A stretch of DNA of 64,000 bases, from contig NC_057718.1 of NCBI RefSeq assembly GCF_004010195.1, positions 53,367,413 to 53,431,412 on the forward strand, in the 5' to 3' direction. This document shows, piece by piece, positions 37,700-51,246 of this stretch (within the stretch, counting starts at the first letter, position 1; each line of letters begins with the position of its first letter). The translations under genes and the position numbers were made by a program. The notes under the pieces are model-generated. The model saw nothing but the letters and a program-made list of their open reading frames with translations, was not told the DNA's origin and did not search any database. The stretch comes from Chiloscyllium plagiosum. Taxonomy: Eukaryota.

Positions 37700-38015
37700 G
37701 GGACAGTAGCAGCATGAATGTACATTTGGTAAAGGGTCAGAAATTGTAGTTTTCAGGCCAGAGGGAAATGTACAGTGAGGACCCTCAGAGATCATTGCTA
37801 GGACTACTCTTCCTTTTAATATTTATTAATCATTTGGAATTGTTTGCAAAGGGCATAATGTCAAAGTATGACAATGAAATAAAATTTGGAAATACTGTAA
37901 GCAATGAAAAGGATACTCATGGACTTTAGAAAGAAATAGATCAATTAAATGGGCAGACATCATGGCACGTGAAATTTAATGCCAGAAAGTGTAAAATACT
38001 TCATTTTGGCAACAG
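37700..38015 (+). mobile_element. Old CR1 RT fragment
   Basis: cctcagagatcattgctaggactact (PQ.S.LG), tcaaagtatgacaatg and ggcacgtgaaatttaatgccagaaagtgt. Confidence 0.65.
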
Positions 38016-38329
38016 TTTACCATTTCCGTATTCGCCAAATCATACCTTATAGTCAATGCACCGAATTCTTTCCGGCAGCCCTGTTGGAATATTGTGATAG
38101 ATCATTGGAAAGGGTTGCCCTTATAGTCCTCCTCTATATTTACTCCAAATTACAACTGAGCTGTCCTTCAGTTGTTGAATCAGTATTCCTGTATGTTGAA
38201 TACTACTTGAAGGAAGCACGAAGGATAGTAAGGATGTAGGGTGTATCCTGGGTTGGAAATTTTGATGTCCATCACCAAGAGTGAGTTGGGAGCACGTGCA
38301 ACAGGTGGGGATAGAAGTAAGAAGAAAGA

Positions 38330-38547
38330 AGAAACAAAAACAGAAATTGCTGGAAAAGCTCAGCAGGTCTGACAACATCTGGGGAGAGAAACCAGAATTA
38401 ACGTTTAAAAAAAAAGTGACCCTTCCTCAAAACTTGATCCAAAATGTTAACTCTGATTTCTCTCATTGCTGCCAGACCTAATGTGCTTTTCCAGCAATTT
38501 CTGTTTTTGTTTCTGATTTACAGGATCCGCAGTTTTTTCGGTTTTTG
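38330..38547. mobile_element. Penelope-like terminal-repeat palindrome (older subfamily)
   Basis: gaaacaaaaacagaaattgctggaaaagc versus gcttttccagcaatttctgtttttgtttc inverted arms. Confidence 0.8.
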
Positions 38548-38849
38548 CTAGATCTTTTCCTCACTGGTATACTCTGCACAGATGCATTTATTCATTGCCA
38601 GTCACGTAAGAATGATGACAGCATGACACACCTGAAAGTGAAACCTCAAACATTTTACATGGCAACAGCACCATGCTAAATGAGATGCATTCAGATCGAG
38701 CTGCTCAAAATTGGACATCCATGAAGCACTACAGGCCCTAACCAACAGAAATGTGTTCAATAAGAAACTGTAATCAGCATAACCCCTCCTTCTACAATTA
38801 CCATCAAGGCAAGGGATCACTGTCTGTTGACACGGAAGATGGAGTTGGG

Positions 38850-40400
38850 ATCGTAAAAATTACTTCACCTCTGCTAATAGGAAGGAGGAGGATATTGTAG
38901 ACATTCTGGTCAAAAAGAGGAATAGGAAATATTAGATAAAATAGGTTTAATGAGTATGAAAATACTGAAGAGACTGACTTCCATGAAGCTGGATAAATTA
39001 CCACAGCCAGATAAATTGTACCCGAGACTGGTAAATAAAAATTAAAGAATGCTCTGAGGTTAGATCCTCACCAGGTGTGGTTTAAGTGCCAGAAGTCTGT
39101 GAACATTGGACCATAATTCGAAAGGTTGCAGGAATAGGCCACACAATTAAAAGTCAGGTAGTGTAGCCTCAATGGTGGGCAAAATGCTGGAGTTAATCCT
39201 GAGAAATAGAATGAACTGCTACTTAGAAACCTTGGATTAATCAGGGATAATCAGCATGATTTCTTACTAACTTAGAAAGAATTGTAAGGAGGATTGATGA
39301 GAGTAGTGCAGAGAATGTTGTCTGCATGGATTTGAGTCAGGCATTTGACAAAGCCACAGACTGAGCAGAGAAATAAAGCCATTGGATACAGGGGACATAA
39401 TAAATTATATCCAAAAAGGGCTCAATAATAGGAAAAAAATGCTAATGGTTAACTGGTGTTTTTACGAATGGAAAGCAGTGTCTAGTAGTGGTCCACAGAG
39501 TTCAGTGTTGGGTCCCTTTCTATATGTGGAATGCATATTAACAATTCTGACTTAAATATAAAAAGTATGATTAGGAATTTTTCAGACAATGCAGACTTAA
39601 GATAAGATGGTAAGATCTTACATCTGACAAAACAAGTGCATCCAAATAAATCTGTTGGACTATAATCTGTTTTTTTGTGATTTTTAACTTTGTCCACCCA
39701 GTCCAACACCGGCACCTCCAAATCATCTAATAAAGGAATGCATTTCATATACCTTCTTTACCATCATATCTTATTTCTGCATTGTCTGAAAATTTTATTG
39801 TTGCAGCGCTTCGAAAGCTAGTGTCTCTAAATAAACCTGTTGGACTATAATCTGGTGTTGTGTGATTGTTAACTTTATTAGATGCGTTATCAAATACAAA
39901 AATAGTGATGATATGTTAGAAATATATAAGACACTGGTTAGAACACTGCTGGAGTTTTGACTACAGTTCTGGTCACTTTATTACAGGAAGGACATAATTA
40001 CTCCAGAAAGTGTACAAAGGAAATTTGCAAGTATGTTGCCAGAACTTGAAAATTGCAGTCACAAGGAAAGATTGGACAGGCTAGGATTGTTATGCTCACT
40101 ATAGAGGACATTGAGTGATGACTAGATTGAGGTTTACAAAATAATGAGTGGTTTGCATAGACTGGATGGAAAAACTTGATTCTCTGACCAGACAAGCCAA
40201 TTGCCAAGGGGATTAATGCTACATTCTTGAATGCATGTTACAACATTTTAAGACATTTAGATAAGTACATGAGTGAGAAATCGTTCAAGGGTTATAGGCC
40301 AAATGCAGGCAGGAGGGGTCAGTTTAGTTTGGAATTATGTTGGCATGGACTGGTTAGACCAAGGGATTAATTTCCATGTTGTACAACTCTGTAACTCTAT
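38850..40400 (+). mobile_element. Old CR1 LINE relic carrying Penelope-like repeats at 39620-39880
   Basis: Degenerate QHDF, AFDK, PQSSVLGP and IYKTLVRTLLEF motifs and tail; inserts aataaacctgttggactataatctggtgttgtgtgatt. Confidence 0.75.
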
Positions 40401-40789
40401 GCCTGTACGTATATGCAAGATGCATATACAAGATACACTGGAGTAATTCATGAAACCTTCGTTACCAGCACCTTCCAAATCCACAGCCTCTACCAACTAG
40501 CGGCAGCAGACACAATGGGAACATTACCATCACCTTGCCTTGAAATAGAGCCTGAGCTGGTGCCTAGTCTCCTCTGAGTACCAGCTGTAAAGCTATTGCA
40601 GTTCACCAGTTTGTGCACACAAACTTTTTAAGGCTGACTTACCCACTGAAGTGTAAGTGTCTGATTTGGTTGCAGGTGCAGAAGGCAGCCTTGCCTATGC
40701 TTCCTCTGAGTCCCCAAATTCAGAGGTTGGGAAGGCGTCTTCTGGTGGAACATGATATTGGTGGAGAACCAGCTTACTCTATGACTTCT

Positions 40790-41030
40790 GAGTTTGAGAC
40801 AGACCTGGATGGCATCCCTCAACCAGGCTGTCAGGGGCTGGTGATGTGGCTTATGCTTGGGGCAGAGATTGCCTCTCCTCTGCATCACCCATTGATTAGG
40901 ACACCATCAGACAATGACTACCTCCTGCTCTTCCAACATCTTCACACTAAATATCAGTCATCGAGTGGAGCAGCTTAGAAATGCCAGTGATCATCCGGGT
41001 ATACAGCTGCCTTTTAAAAATGGTGCAAGC
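40790..41030 (-). pseudogene. Decayed Myb/SANT-like Harbinger ORF1-like cassette, copy 3
   Basis: VLINGVMQRRGNLCPKHKPHHQPLTAWLRDAIQV; upstream gcaccatttttaaaagg matches gcaccatatttaaaagg at 6552. Confidence 0.6.
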
Positions 41031-43681
41031 ACCAGGGATGCCAGTCTTTTGGGTGGCACACTGTCCCAGAAGCTGAGCATTGTAAGATGAGCCTGTATCA
41101 GGTGGAAGGTGTCCCAAAGGAGTGGAGTAGGTAGTTAATGGAGTCAGTTTGGTAAGATACAGTGAAAATATTCATTAGGCCTTGCAGCAAAACTCCTTCC
41201 AAAAAACTCCATACAACTGGCACTTAGCCCAAAATCCATAAGATGCGGGCCAAAGAATATGCAGCAAGTGTTTTATGACCTAGAATGCATTCCCCTGAAG
41301 ATTGTTAGAAGCAGATTCAATAATAACTTCCAAAAAGGAATGAGATACAAACTTGAAGGAGGAAAACTTGAAGAGCTATCGGAAAATAGCAGGGGAGAAG
41401 TACTAATTGGATAGTTCTCGTGGAGAGCTGACACAAGCACAATGGGCCAAATGGCCTCCTTCTGTGCTGCATTATTCTATGGTTCAAAAATCTTCTCAAA
41501 ATCCACCTCTTTTTCTATAGCTTTGATCAGTTCAACTTTGTCTCTTCATACTGCCTGCCAGTTCTTTGTACTTCCCGCCCGCCTGTGGTTTCCCTGAGTT
41601 AAAAGCACTTTATAAATGACTATTGTCATGTTTTCATATGCAGAGCACCATCTGCTGACAGTGAATTCCATCTCCCTGTTCAAGGTTCAGTTTAGGATAC
41701 AAACAGAAAATGGCGGAGGCACAGAATGTCCATTAGCTCCTGTGAAGAGAGAAATCAGGTTCAGGTTCTGGTTAGAGATCATCAAAAACAAAGTATTGCA
41801 CCAAATATTTACCCATCTGTTTCTTTACAGCTATCCTGCTGTGTATTTTCACTACCTTGTTCAAATTTTTAGTCATTAGTCTGATTTAAATAATTTTATT
41901 TCATTAATGAAAACAGAATCCATTTATGTATTTGGTTCTTCATCTGATTTTAATTTTTAATATATTTGTTCATGAGCTTAGTTATTGCTCTGTCTCATTC
42001 ATTATGTGTTTATATTATTGCAATGCATAAGAACAAAAGAATTACAAAATAAATCAAGCAAGTGCTTCAACCAGTTTTCTCTATCAAGAGATTTTTTTTA
42101 AAGTTCTTGTATGCCAGGGGCATTTAGAATCATTAATCTGACACTGCATGGTATAGGTGGAATGTTATGAGGGAGGCATTACACTCACAAGTGTGAAGAA
42201 TGATTTTGCTGTGCCTTTGAGCAGATTATTTCGATGAATTAGCTGACAGCATGAGAACCTAAAGCAAACAAATTTCAACAGATGCAAATTATATGTGGGA
42301 AAGTTTGCTTCCAGTTACTCAACTTTGTATTTGTAGGGGAATCCAAGCTTGCCAAGAAAAAATGTTTTAGCCATTAATTTTAGTTGACAAAGCAATAGAA
42401 TGCAGCTGGAGATAACTATCTTAACAGCTGTCCCATGAAATTCATCCTAGCAGATTCTGAGAATACAAAGACTTAAATCGAGAATGTACTGTGATGTCAC
42501 ATTTGACCCACTAGGTTCATAACTGAGATGGTTCACTTTGTGTTTGGTCCCACATTGAGCGATTGATGTATGGAACCAAATACTGACGGATAAGAATAAA
42601 ATTCTTTCCAACAAAATAAAAGGAGCCCTGTTGGCTGGTCAAATTTGTGTTCAAGAACTAAAAGTCTTGGAATTTCCTCCACTGTTCCTGTCACAAATCA
42701 GGCAAAATAACAACATATACATTAGTCTATAGAAATGTAGGCAGTAAGCACGACTGCTTGTTCTAGCCCTAATCTTTTCTCACCTCAGCCCAGCTAAGAT
42801 AGCTGACACACTTTCTTCATCTGTCATTTATCAATGGGAATGGGATCCATTAAACATCTGGATATTTGTTTTCGCTGGTAATGAACCAACAAGTCCCAAG
42901 GAAAGTGAGAACTGACATGAATCCATGGATAAGAAATTTCTTACTTAATTGGTTGGATGGAGAGAGCCATAATATGCCTCCTGTCCTGCCTTGATGACAA
43001 ACAAAATGTTATTGAATGCTTCAGTCCAGTAGGCCTTCGTTCAAGAAGTAAAAACACATTGGAGTGTGAGCTAGCATTAAGAAGGTGAAGGATGCAAATC
43101 TGATTCCAAACATGTTTAATTATGTGAAACAAAAGGATTAATATTGGGTAGATCTCATGAGCTGGGATTCTACTGTCAGTAGAGATGGCTGGTTCACCTC
43201 AAGGAGTGTTTACTTCACACATGACTGGAGGTCCATCACATTTTCCTGAGACTGGATATGTCAGATGTACTTGGCAGGCTGCATACAAGGCTCCATCCAG
43301 CAAGAGAGAGTCAGTCACACCTTGCATGAAAATTCTGCTACCACTGTGTCAGGACCAATATTACAGCATCAGGTAAGTGACGGTGGTCTTCTAATGCCTT
43401 CCCTTCCATTCTTGTGGATGCCTCTACATCGTAACTGTTAAAGTAATTCTGAGAAAGTAGTAGCATGGACAGATGGAAGAAAAATCTACCACTGACACAA
43501 TTCAATGTCTGTGCCTTATTTTTGAATAGCAGACATTCTTGAAAAGGGGTGGAGCAGAGATAAATTAATGATGTTTGGATTTTGAGACAGTGGTAGGCAT
43601 CATAGAGTCATAGAGATGTACAGCATGGAAACAGACCCTTCGGTCCAACCCGTCCATGCCGACCAGATATCCCAACCCAAT

Positions 43682-46470
43682 CTAGTCCCACCTGCCAGCA
43701 CCAAGCCCATATCCCTCCAAACCCTTCCTATTCATAAATCCATCCAAATGCCTCTTAAAAGTTGTAATCATATCAGTTTCCACCACTTCCTCTGGCAGCT
43801 CATTCCATACACGTACCACCCTCTGTGTGAAAAAGTTGCCCCTTCAGTCTCTTTTATATCTTTCCTCTCTCACCCTAAACCTATGCCCTCGAGTTCTCAA
43901 CTCCCTGACACCAGGGAATAAACTTTGCCTATCTATGGTATCCATGCCCCTCATAATTTTGTAAACCTCTATAAGGTCGCCCCTCAGCCTCCGACACTCC
44001 AGGGAAAACAGCTCCAGCCTGTTCAGCCTCTTCCTATAGCTCAAATCCTCCAACCCTGGCAACATCCTTGTAAATCGTTTCTGAACCCTTTCAAGTTTCA
44101 CAACATCTTTCTGATAGGAAGGAGACCAGAATTGCATACAATGTTCTAACAGTGGCCGAACCAATGTCCTGTACAGCCGCAACATGACCTCCCAACTCCT
44201 GTACTCAATACACTGACCAAGAAAGGAAAGCATACCAAACGCCTTCTTCTCTATCCTATCTACCTGTGACTCCACTTTCAAAGAGCTATAAACCTGCACT
44301 CCAAGATCTCTTTGTTCAGCAACACTCCCTAGGACCTTACCAGTAAGTGTGTAAGTCCTGCTAAGATTTCCTTTCCCAAAATGCAGCACCCACCTCACAT
44401 TTATCAAAACTAAACTCCATCTGCCACTTCTCAGCCCATTGGCCCATCTGATCAAGATCCTGTTGTAATCTGAGGTAGCCCTCTTCGCTGTCCACTACAC
44501 CTCCACTTTTGGTGTCATCTGTAAACTTACTAACTATACATCTTATGCTGACATCCAAATAATTAATATAAATAATTAAAAGTAGTGGACGCAGCACCGA
44601 TCCTTGTGGCACTCCACTGGTCACAGGCCTCCAGTCTGAAAAACAATCCCCCACCACCACCCTCTGTCTTCTACTTTTGAGCCAATTCTGTATCCAAATG
44701 GGTAGTTCTTGTTGTATTCCATGAGATCTAAACTTGCTAACCAGTTTCCCATGGGGAACCTCGTCAAACTTCTTACTGAAATCCATATAGATCATGTCCA
44801 CCACTCTGCCCTCATCAATCCCCTTTGTTACTTCTTCAAAAACTCAAATTTGTGAGACATGATTTCCCTCACACAAAGCCATGTTGACTATCCCTAATCA
44901 GTCCATGCCTTGCCAAATATATGTAAATCCTGTCCCTCAGGATTCCCTCCAACAACTTGCCCACCACCGACGTCAGGCTCACTTATCCATAGTTCCCTGG
45001 CTTGTCCTTACCGCCCTTCTTAAAAAGTGGCACCACGTTAGCCAACCTCCAGTCTTCCAACACCTCACCTACGTCTATTGACGATACAAATATCTCAGCA
45101 AAGGGCCAAACAATCACTTCCCTAGCTTTCCACAGAGTTCTTGGGTATACCTGATCAGGTCCTGGGGATTTATTCACTTTTATGTGTTTCAAGACATCCA
45201 GCACTTCCTTGTTTGTCATATGGACATTTTTCAAGATGTCACCATCTACTTCCCCACATTCTATATCTTCCATGTACTTTTCCACAATAAACACTGATGC
45301 AAAATACTTGTTTACTATCTCCCCCATGTCCTGCGGTTCCACACAAAGGCAGCTTTGCTGATCTTTGAGGGGCTCTATTCTCTCCCTAGTTACCCTATTG
45401 ATCTTAACGTATTTGTAAAAATCCTTTGGATTCTTCTTAACCCTATTTGCCAAAGCTATCTCATGTCCCCTTTTTGCCCTCCTGATTTCCCTCTTATATA
45501 CACTCCTACTGTCTTCTAAGGAATCATTCCATTTATCTTGTCTATACCTGACATAAGTATCCTTCTTTTTCTTAACTAAACCCTCAATGTGTTTAGTCAT
45601 CCAGCAGTCCCTATACCTACCAGCCTTTCCTTTCATCCTAACAGGAATATACTGTCTCTTGACTCTCGTTATCTCATTTCTGAAGGTTTCCCATTTGCCA
45701 GCCATCCTTTACCTGAAAACGTTTGCCCCAATCAGCTTTTGAAAGTTCTTGCCTAATACCGTCAAAATTGGCCTTTCTCCAATTTAGAACTTCAACTTTT
45801 AGATCTGGTCTATCCTTTTCCATCACTATTTTAAATCTAATAGAATTATGGTCGCTGGCCCCAAAGTGCTCCCCCACTGACACCTCAGTCACCCGCCCTG
45901 CTTTATTTCCCAAGAGTAAGTCACGTTTTGTACCTTCTCTAGTAGGTACATCCACATATTGAATCAGAAAATTGTCTTGTACACATTTAACAAATTCCTC
46001 TCCATCTGAACCCTTAACACTATGGCAGTCCCAGTCGATGTTTGGAAAGTTAAAATCCCCTACCATATTATTCTTACAGATAGCTGAGATCTCCTTACAA
46101 GTTTGTTTCTCAATTTCCCTCTGACTATTAGGGGGTCTATAATACAATTCTAATAAGGTGGTCATCCCTTTCTTATTTCTCAGTTCCACCCAAATAACTT
46201 CCCTGGATGTATTTCCAGGAATATCCTCCCTCAGAAAAGCTGTAATGCTTTCCCTTATCAAAAATGCCACTCCTCCTCCTCTCTTACCTCCCTTTCTGTC
46301 CTTCCTATATCCTGGAACATTAAGCTGCCAGTCCTGCCCATCCCTGAGCCACATTTCTGTAATTGCTATGATATCCCAGTCCCATGTTGCTAACCATGAC
46401 CTGAGTCCATCTGCCTTCCCTATTCGGCCTCTTGCATTGAAATAAATGCAGTTTATTTTATCAGTCTTAC
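43682..46470 (-). pseudogene. CR1 ORF2 (AP-endonuclease plus reverse transcriptase), frameshifted
   Basis: GGKRGGGVAFLIRE, YYRPPNS, GDFNFPNIDW, SDHNSI, KSPGPDQVYP, VPQGSVLRPLL, SKFTDDTK, split across at least four ORFs. Confidence 0.92.
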
Positions 46471-46593
46471 CTTGTTCTCTGCTTTGTCCCTGCCAGCAAA
46501 GACTATTTGATTTGTTTCTGTTCTCAACTGTACCAGTCTCAGATTGATGTCTTTCCTCACTATCTCCCTGGGTCCCACCAACCCCACCCCATC

Positions 46594-47527
46594 TTACTTG
46601 TTTAAATCCTCCTGAGCAGGTCTAGCAAATCTCCCTGCCAGTATATTAGTCCCCTTCCAATTCAGGTGCAATCTGTCCTTCTTGTTAGGTCACTTCTACC
46701 CAGAAGAGATTCCAATTATCCAAAAATGTGAATCCTTCTCCCATACACCAGCTCTTCAGCCATGCATTTATCTGCTTTATTCTCCTATTTATACCTCACT
46801 AGCTTGCAGCACCAGGAGTAATCCAGATATTACTATTCTTGAAGACCTCCTTTTTAAATTCCTGCCTAATCTCTGTAATCTCCTTTCAGAATCTCATCCT
46901 TTTCCTTCCTATGTCGTTGGTTCCAATGTGTACAGTGACCTCCTGCTGGCCCCTCTCCCACTTGAGAACATTCTGTACCCTCTCTGAGACATCCTTGATC
47001 CTGGCATCAGGGGAAGCAATACATCATTCTGATCTTTTACTGCTGGCCACAAAAACGTTGTCAGTGCGCCGGACTAGAGAGTTCCCTAACATAATTGATT
47101 TCTTGGAACCTGATGTGCTCCTCATTGCGATAGAGCCAGTCTCAATCCCAGAAACTTGGCTGTTCATGTTACATTCCCCTGAGAATTCATCAACCCCTAC
47201 GTTTTCCAAAATAGCATGCTTGTTTGAAATGGTGATAGCCACAGAAGACTCTTGCACTAACTGCCTACCTCTCTTACCTTTCCTGGAGTTAACCCATCTA
47301 TGTGACTGTATCTGCAAATTTTCTCCCTTCCTATAACTGCCATCCATCACATCCCCTTGCTTTTGTAAATTCCTCATTTCTTCTAACTGTCTCTCCAACT
47401 GATCCATTTGATCTGATAGGATTTGCGACCAATGGCATATATTGCAGATATAATCCTCAGTAACACGTAAACTCTTCCTAAACTCCCACATCCGAGAAGA
47501 AGACAATGTCACTCTACTAAAGGCCAT
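46594..47527 (-). pseudogene. CR1 ORF1 (zinc-finger/coiled-coil plus SGNH-esterase-like), frameshifted
   Basis: MAFSRVTLSSSRMWEFR..ICNICHWSQILSDQMDQLERQLEEMR; LGNSLVR; HIGTND region; ends ..GLNK*. Confidence 0.85.
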
Positions 47528-47819
47528 TTTTGCTTAATTCAATCTACAGACCAGAAAATAGCACTGTCTTATTCCTCTATAGAACACTGCTCCAGGCTAA
47601 TTTAATACATATGGCTTATATTTTTAAGTTTAATCAAGAAACATATCTCAAACAACATAAAATCAAGAAAGAACTCACTCTACTCACTGCTGCAGACTTC
47701 CAGTAAGGCCACACTTAAAATATTCACTTACCTGTTTCTGTGCTGTGACCTCTCCCAAACAGCCCTTGACTCAAATATTGTCAATTCCGTTCTCAATTCC
47801 CCATCTGGTTCAGTGTATC

Positions 47820-48015
47820 CTGGTGTGGAGTGAAGTGGAAGTCATTCTATTCAACTGAGAAACAACAAAGCACCTGTGACAGATGGATTAGTTGCTGAAA
47901 TTCTGAAACATCATGGCGATACAATGCTGCCACAAGTGCACAATTTCACGTCCTTTGTCTGAGAAGTAGAACATATACTGAGGTATCTCAGGGATGCTGT
48001 GAACATACTTCAAAT
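47820..48015 (+). mobile_element. RTE-clade LINE fragment
   Basis: IQLRNNKAPVTDGLVAEILKHHGDTMLPQVHNFTSFV*EVEHILRYLRDAV resembles the RTE pre-RT segment. Confidence 0.7.
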
Positions 48016-49727
48016 TCAATTTAAATTTAAATCCTATTGACTGGGCTTTTAGGCCTTGGAAGTCTCAGGAGTTAAAGTGAGGAAAAGACAGCTGCCAGTA
48101 GAAAGCGAATCCCTTTCCAGCACTAGTTCTCCCAACCCGCCAACCTTATCCATTAACTCCTCCTTCAAGTGAATCCTTCTGTGAACACAGCCCCACAGGA
48201 TCCGCAATCATAAAAAAACCCTCAATATTACCAGCATTAGCTTTACAACCTTAAGATTAATTTCAGCACTGTGCTATCCTTAAAAATGTCTCTGTACTTA
48301 CCCAATTTCCTGCTCACAATCTGTAAGCAGCACAGTAAATTCGCCATACTCACATACATTACCTCCACTGCCGTGTTCTGTCCTAAAATGCAGAGCAGCT
48401 GTCTAGCTTTCAGATAGAGACCCAGTTGGAAAAGAAGCATAGACACAGTGGAGGATTCCTTGATGAATGTTCCTCTTTCCTCTCCACTTGGAATCACTCC
48501 TGTTAGTGATCTTTACAAACCCCTAATTCTTGAATAATCTGGGTGGATTGGAAGATAGGAGGTGTAACTATCACTCAAGAGAGGACAGCAAGAGAAACTG
48601 GATCTATAACTCAGTTATTTTGACATCACTTGTTAGGAAATTACTGGAATCCATTATTAAGTTGGTAACAGACCACTTAGGAAATTGTAATACAATTAGA
48701 CGGAGTCAATAAAGATTTATGAAAGGGAAATTGTGATTAACAAATCTATTTAGAGATTTCTGAGGATGTGCACATCAGGAAACCAGTAGGTGTAATATAT
48801 TCAGATTTAAAACTCATTTGAAAAAAGTGGCCAGCGATCAGTTTGAAAGGAATGTTATAAGCCTGAAATAGTAACTCCAATTTATTTTTCTCCTCAGACA
48901 GTGTCCGCAATGCTGAGTATTTCCAGCATCTGTTCTCTTCTGATGTTGTATAGGAGCACATAGAATTGGAGTAATATACTACCATGAATCCAGGATAACT
49001 TCAGGAACAGAAAACAGAGAGGCGTAATTTGCAGGTTGGCAGGTTGATCTATAGCAACAGCAGTGAGTCAATCAGGTTCATTAAAAGGCCATTGTTTGTT
49101 TCTTGAGGAATATGGAATTACCAAGATCTTCCAAATCGAAATTGAAATGGAACGAGCTTGAAGTGGCCATCTGGTAGTTAGGATTTAAAGGAGGCACTTT
49201 CTCCTTCCAGATCTATTTCAACCATTGAGTCACAGTCACAGCAATGGGTTATTCAGCCAATGTTGCTCCTTGCAGATGACCAAGCAGCTATGGCTACATT
49301 GATCTTTTGAAACAATATACTTGTGCAGCCATTCTATTTGAAGTTACTCTCTCTCCCTTCCGGCTTATTTGACTGTGCCCATCTCCCATCATAAGGCTGT
49401 CAGCAGAACATCATGGCACACAATTCCATTGGACCTGCTGGTTCCTTGGTCTCACTGCCTTAATTGGGCATGGCTCCCTAAAGTGGTTTCTTAATTGACC
49501 TCCTTCGAGAAGATACCAAAACGATTGCGATAATAATCATCATCAAGTAGGATGGCTCGGATATAAAGCAGGGAAACAGGCCAATCAGCATATGCCAGTG
49601 TTTCTGCCATAATTTAGTATCTACCGAACCTTTACCATATAATCCCATATTGCTTTTCTCATATCCACATCTAGTTTTCCTTTAAATATGTGTACGCTGT
49701 TTTCTTCAACATTCCATGTAGAAGTCA

Positions 49728-50060
49728 GTGACATGATGGATCAGTGATCAGCACTGTTACCTCACAATGCCAGGGCCTCAGATTCGATTCCCGCCTTAGA
49801 CAACTGTATGTGTGGAGTTTGCACATTCTCCCCGTGTCTGCATGGGTTTCCACCGGGTGCTCCGGTTTCCTTCCATAGTCTAAATATGTACAGGTTAGGT
49901 GGGTTGGCCATTGTAAATTGCCCATAGTGTCCAGGGATATGCAGGCTAGATGGATCAGTCAAGGAAAATGCAGGTTACAGGAATAGGGTGGGTCTTGGTG
50001 GGGTTTCGCTGTGGACTTGATGGACCGAATGGCCTGCTTCCACACTGTAGGGATTCTAAG
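49728..50060 (+). mobile_element. HE1-type SINE inserted in an old minus-strand CR1 tail (49560-50340)
   Basis: Head, V-domain and tail present; CR1 relic on both sides. Confidence 0.88.
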
Positions 50061-50917
50061 ATGTGAGCTCTAAGTTCTTACCACACTTTAGATGAAGGAA
50101 TTTATTCCAAATTCCTTATTAAGTTTCTTGGTGACTATCATACGTTGATGACCTCTACTTATGTTCTTCTCCAAAAGAGGAAATATTCCTGACGTATCTA
50201 CTCGATCAAAACTTTTTATATTTTTAAAGATCTCTAACAATGTTTGAAACAAGTTTAGCTCAACTTTGCCACTTCTCAATTCTATTCCTCTAGAACCAAA
50301 GCCTCACACATTCAGTTTGTTCTTCTTATGATTTTCCCAGCCTATGGCACAATGTTTAGTGACTGGTAATTTGTTCTCATTTACTCTTTTGTTCCTTTAA
50401 ACCACTTGGTCTTGTACCTTCCAAGTAATAAGTGTCACCCTCCCTCACCCCTCTTTCTCCCCCTGGCAACCAATAGTATACTAGCTCACATTTATCTGAG
50501 GACCTATATTTCTCCCGGAAAAGAGTAAAACATAATAGATTGAGGAAGGTTATGTGAGTGGACAAAAAGTGCAAATGGAGTTTAATCTGGTGGAATGTAA
50601 AGTTATCCACTTTCGAAGGGAGAATAGAAAACAGAGTCTTTTTAACATAGTAAGGAATTGTTAGAAGTTAATGTTCAGTGAATGTTCTTGCACAAATAGA
50701 AAGTTTATACACAAGTACAATAAGCAATCAGGAAGACAATCTCCTTCAGTCATGTCCTCGGCAGTACAAAAAATACATAATTTCCTAATATGTCAGATTA
50801 AAAGGTGACCTTTGAAATGTTAAATAGGAAAGAATTGTTTTCTCAGGTGGGAGACACCAGAACAAAGGAATATAAACTTAAAATTAAAATTGGACTATTC
50901 AAGTGTGAGACAGCATT

Positions 50918-51246
50918 TAGACAGTCTTTTCCCTGGGGTGGGGGAGTCCAGAAATATAGGGCATAGGTTTAGGGTGAGAGGGGAAAGATATAAAAGGGAC
51001 CTTAGGGACAACTTTTTCACGCAGAGGGTGGTGCGTGTGTGGAATGAGCTGCCAGAGGAAGTGGTGGAGGATGGTATAATTGCAACATTTAAAAGGCATC
51101 TGGATGGGTATACGAATAGAAAGAGTTTGGAGGGAAATGGGCCAAGTGCTGGCAAATGGAACTAGATTAGGTTAGGACATTTGGTCTGCGTTGGACAAGT
51201 TGAACTTAAGAGTCTGTTTCTGTGCTGTACATTTTGATGACTCTAC
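50918..51246 (+). mobile_element. CR1/HER1-like 3' fragment within an older CR1 relic (50520-51470)
   Basis: DSLFPGVGESRNIGHRFRVRGERYKRDLRDNFFTQRVVRVWNELPEEVVE plus tail. Confidence 0.9.

Larger units (their letters stand above)
43600..47762 (-). mobile_element. Near-full-length CR1/HER1-like LINE, decayed
   Basis: 5' UTR, ORF1, ORF2 (endonuclease plus RT) and 3' (tctatgac)n tail all present in order. Confidence 0.95.
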
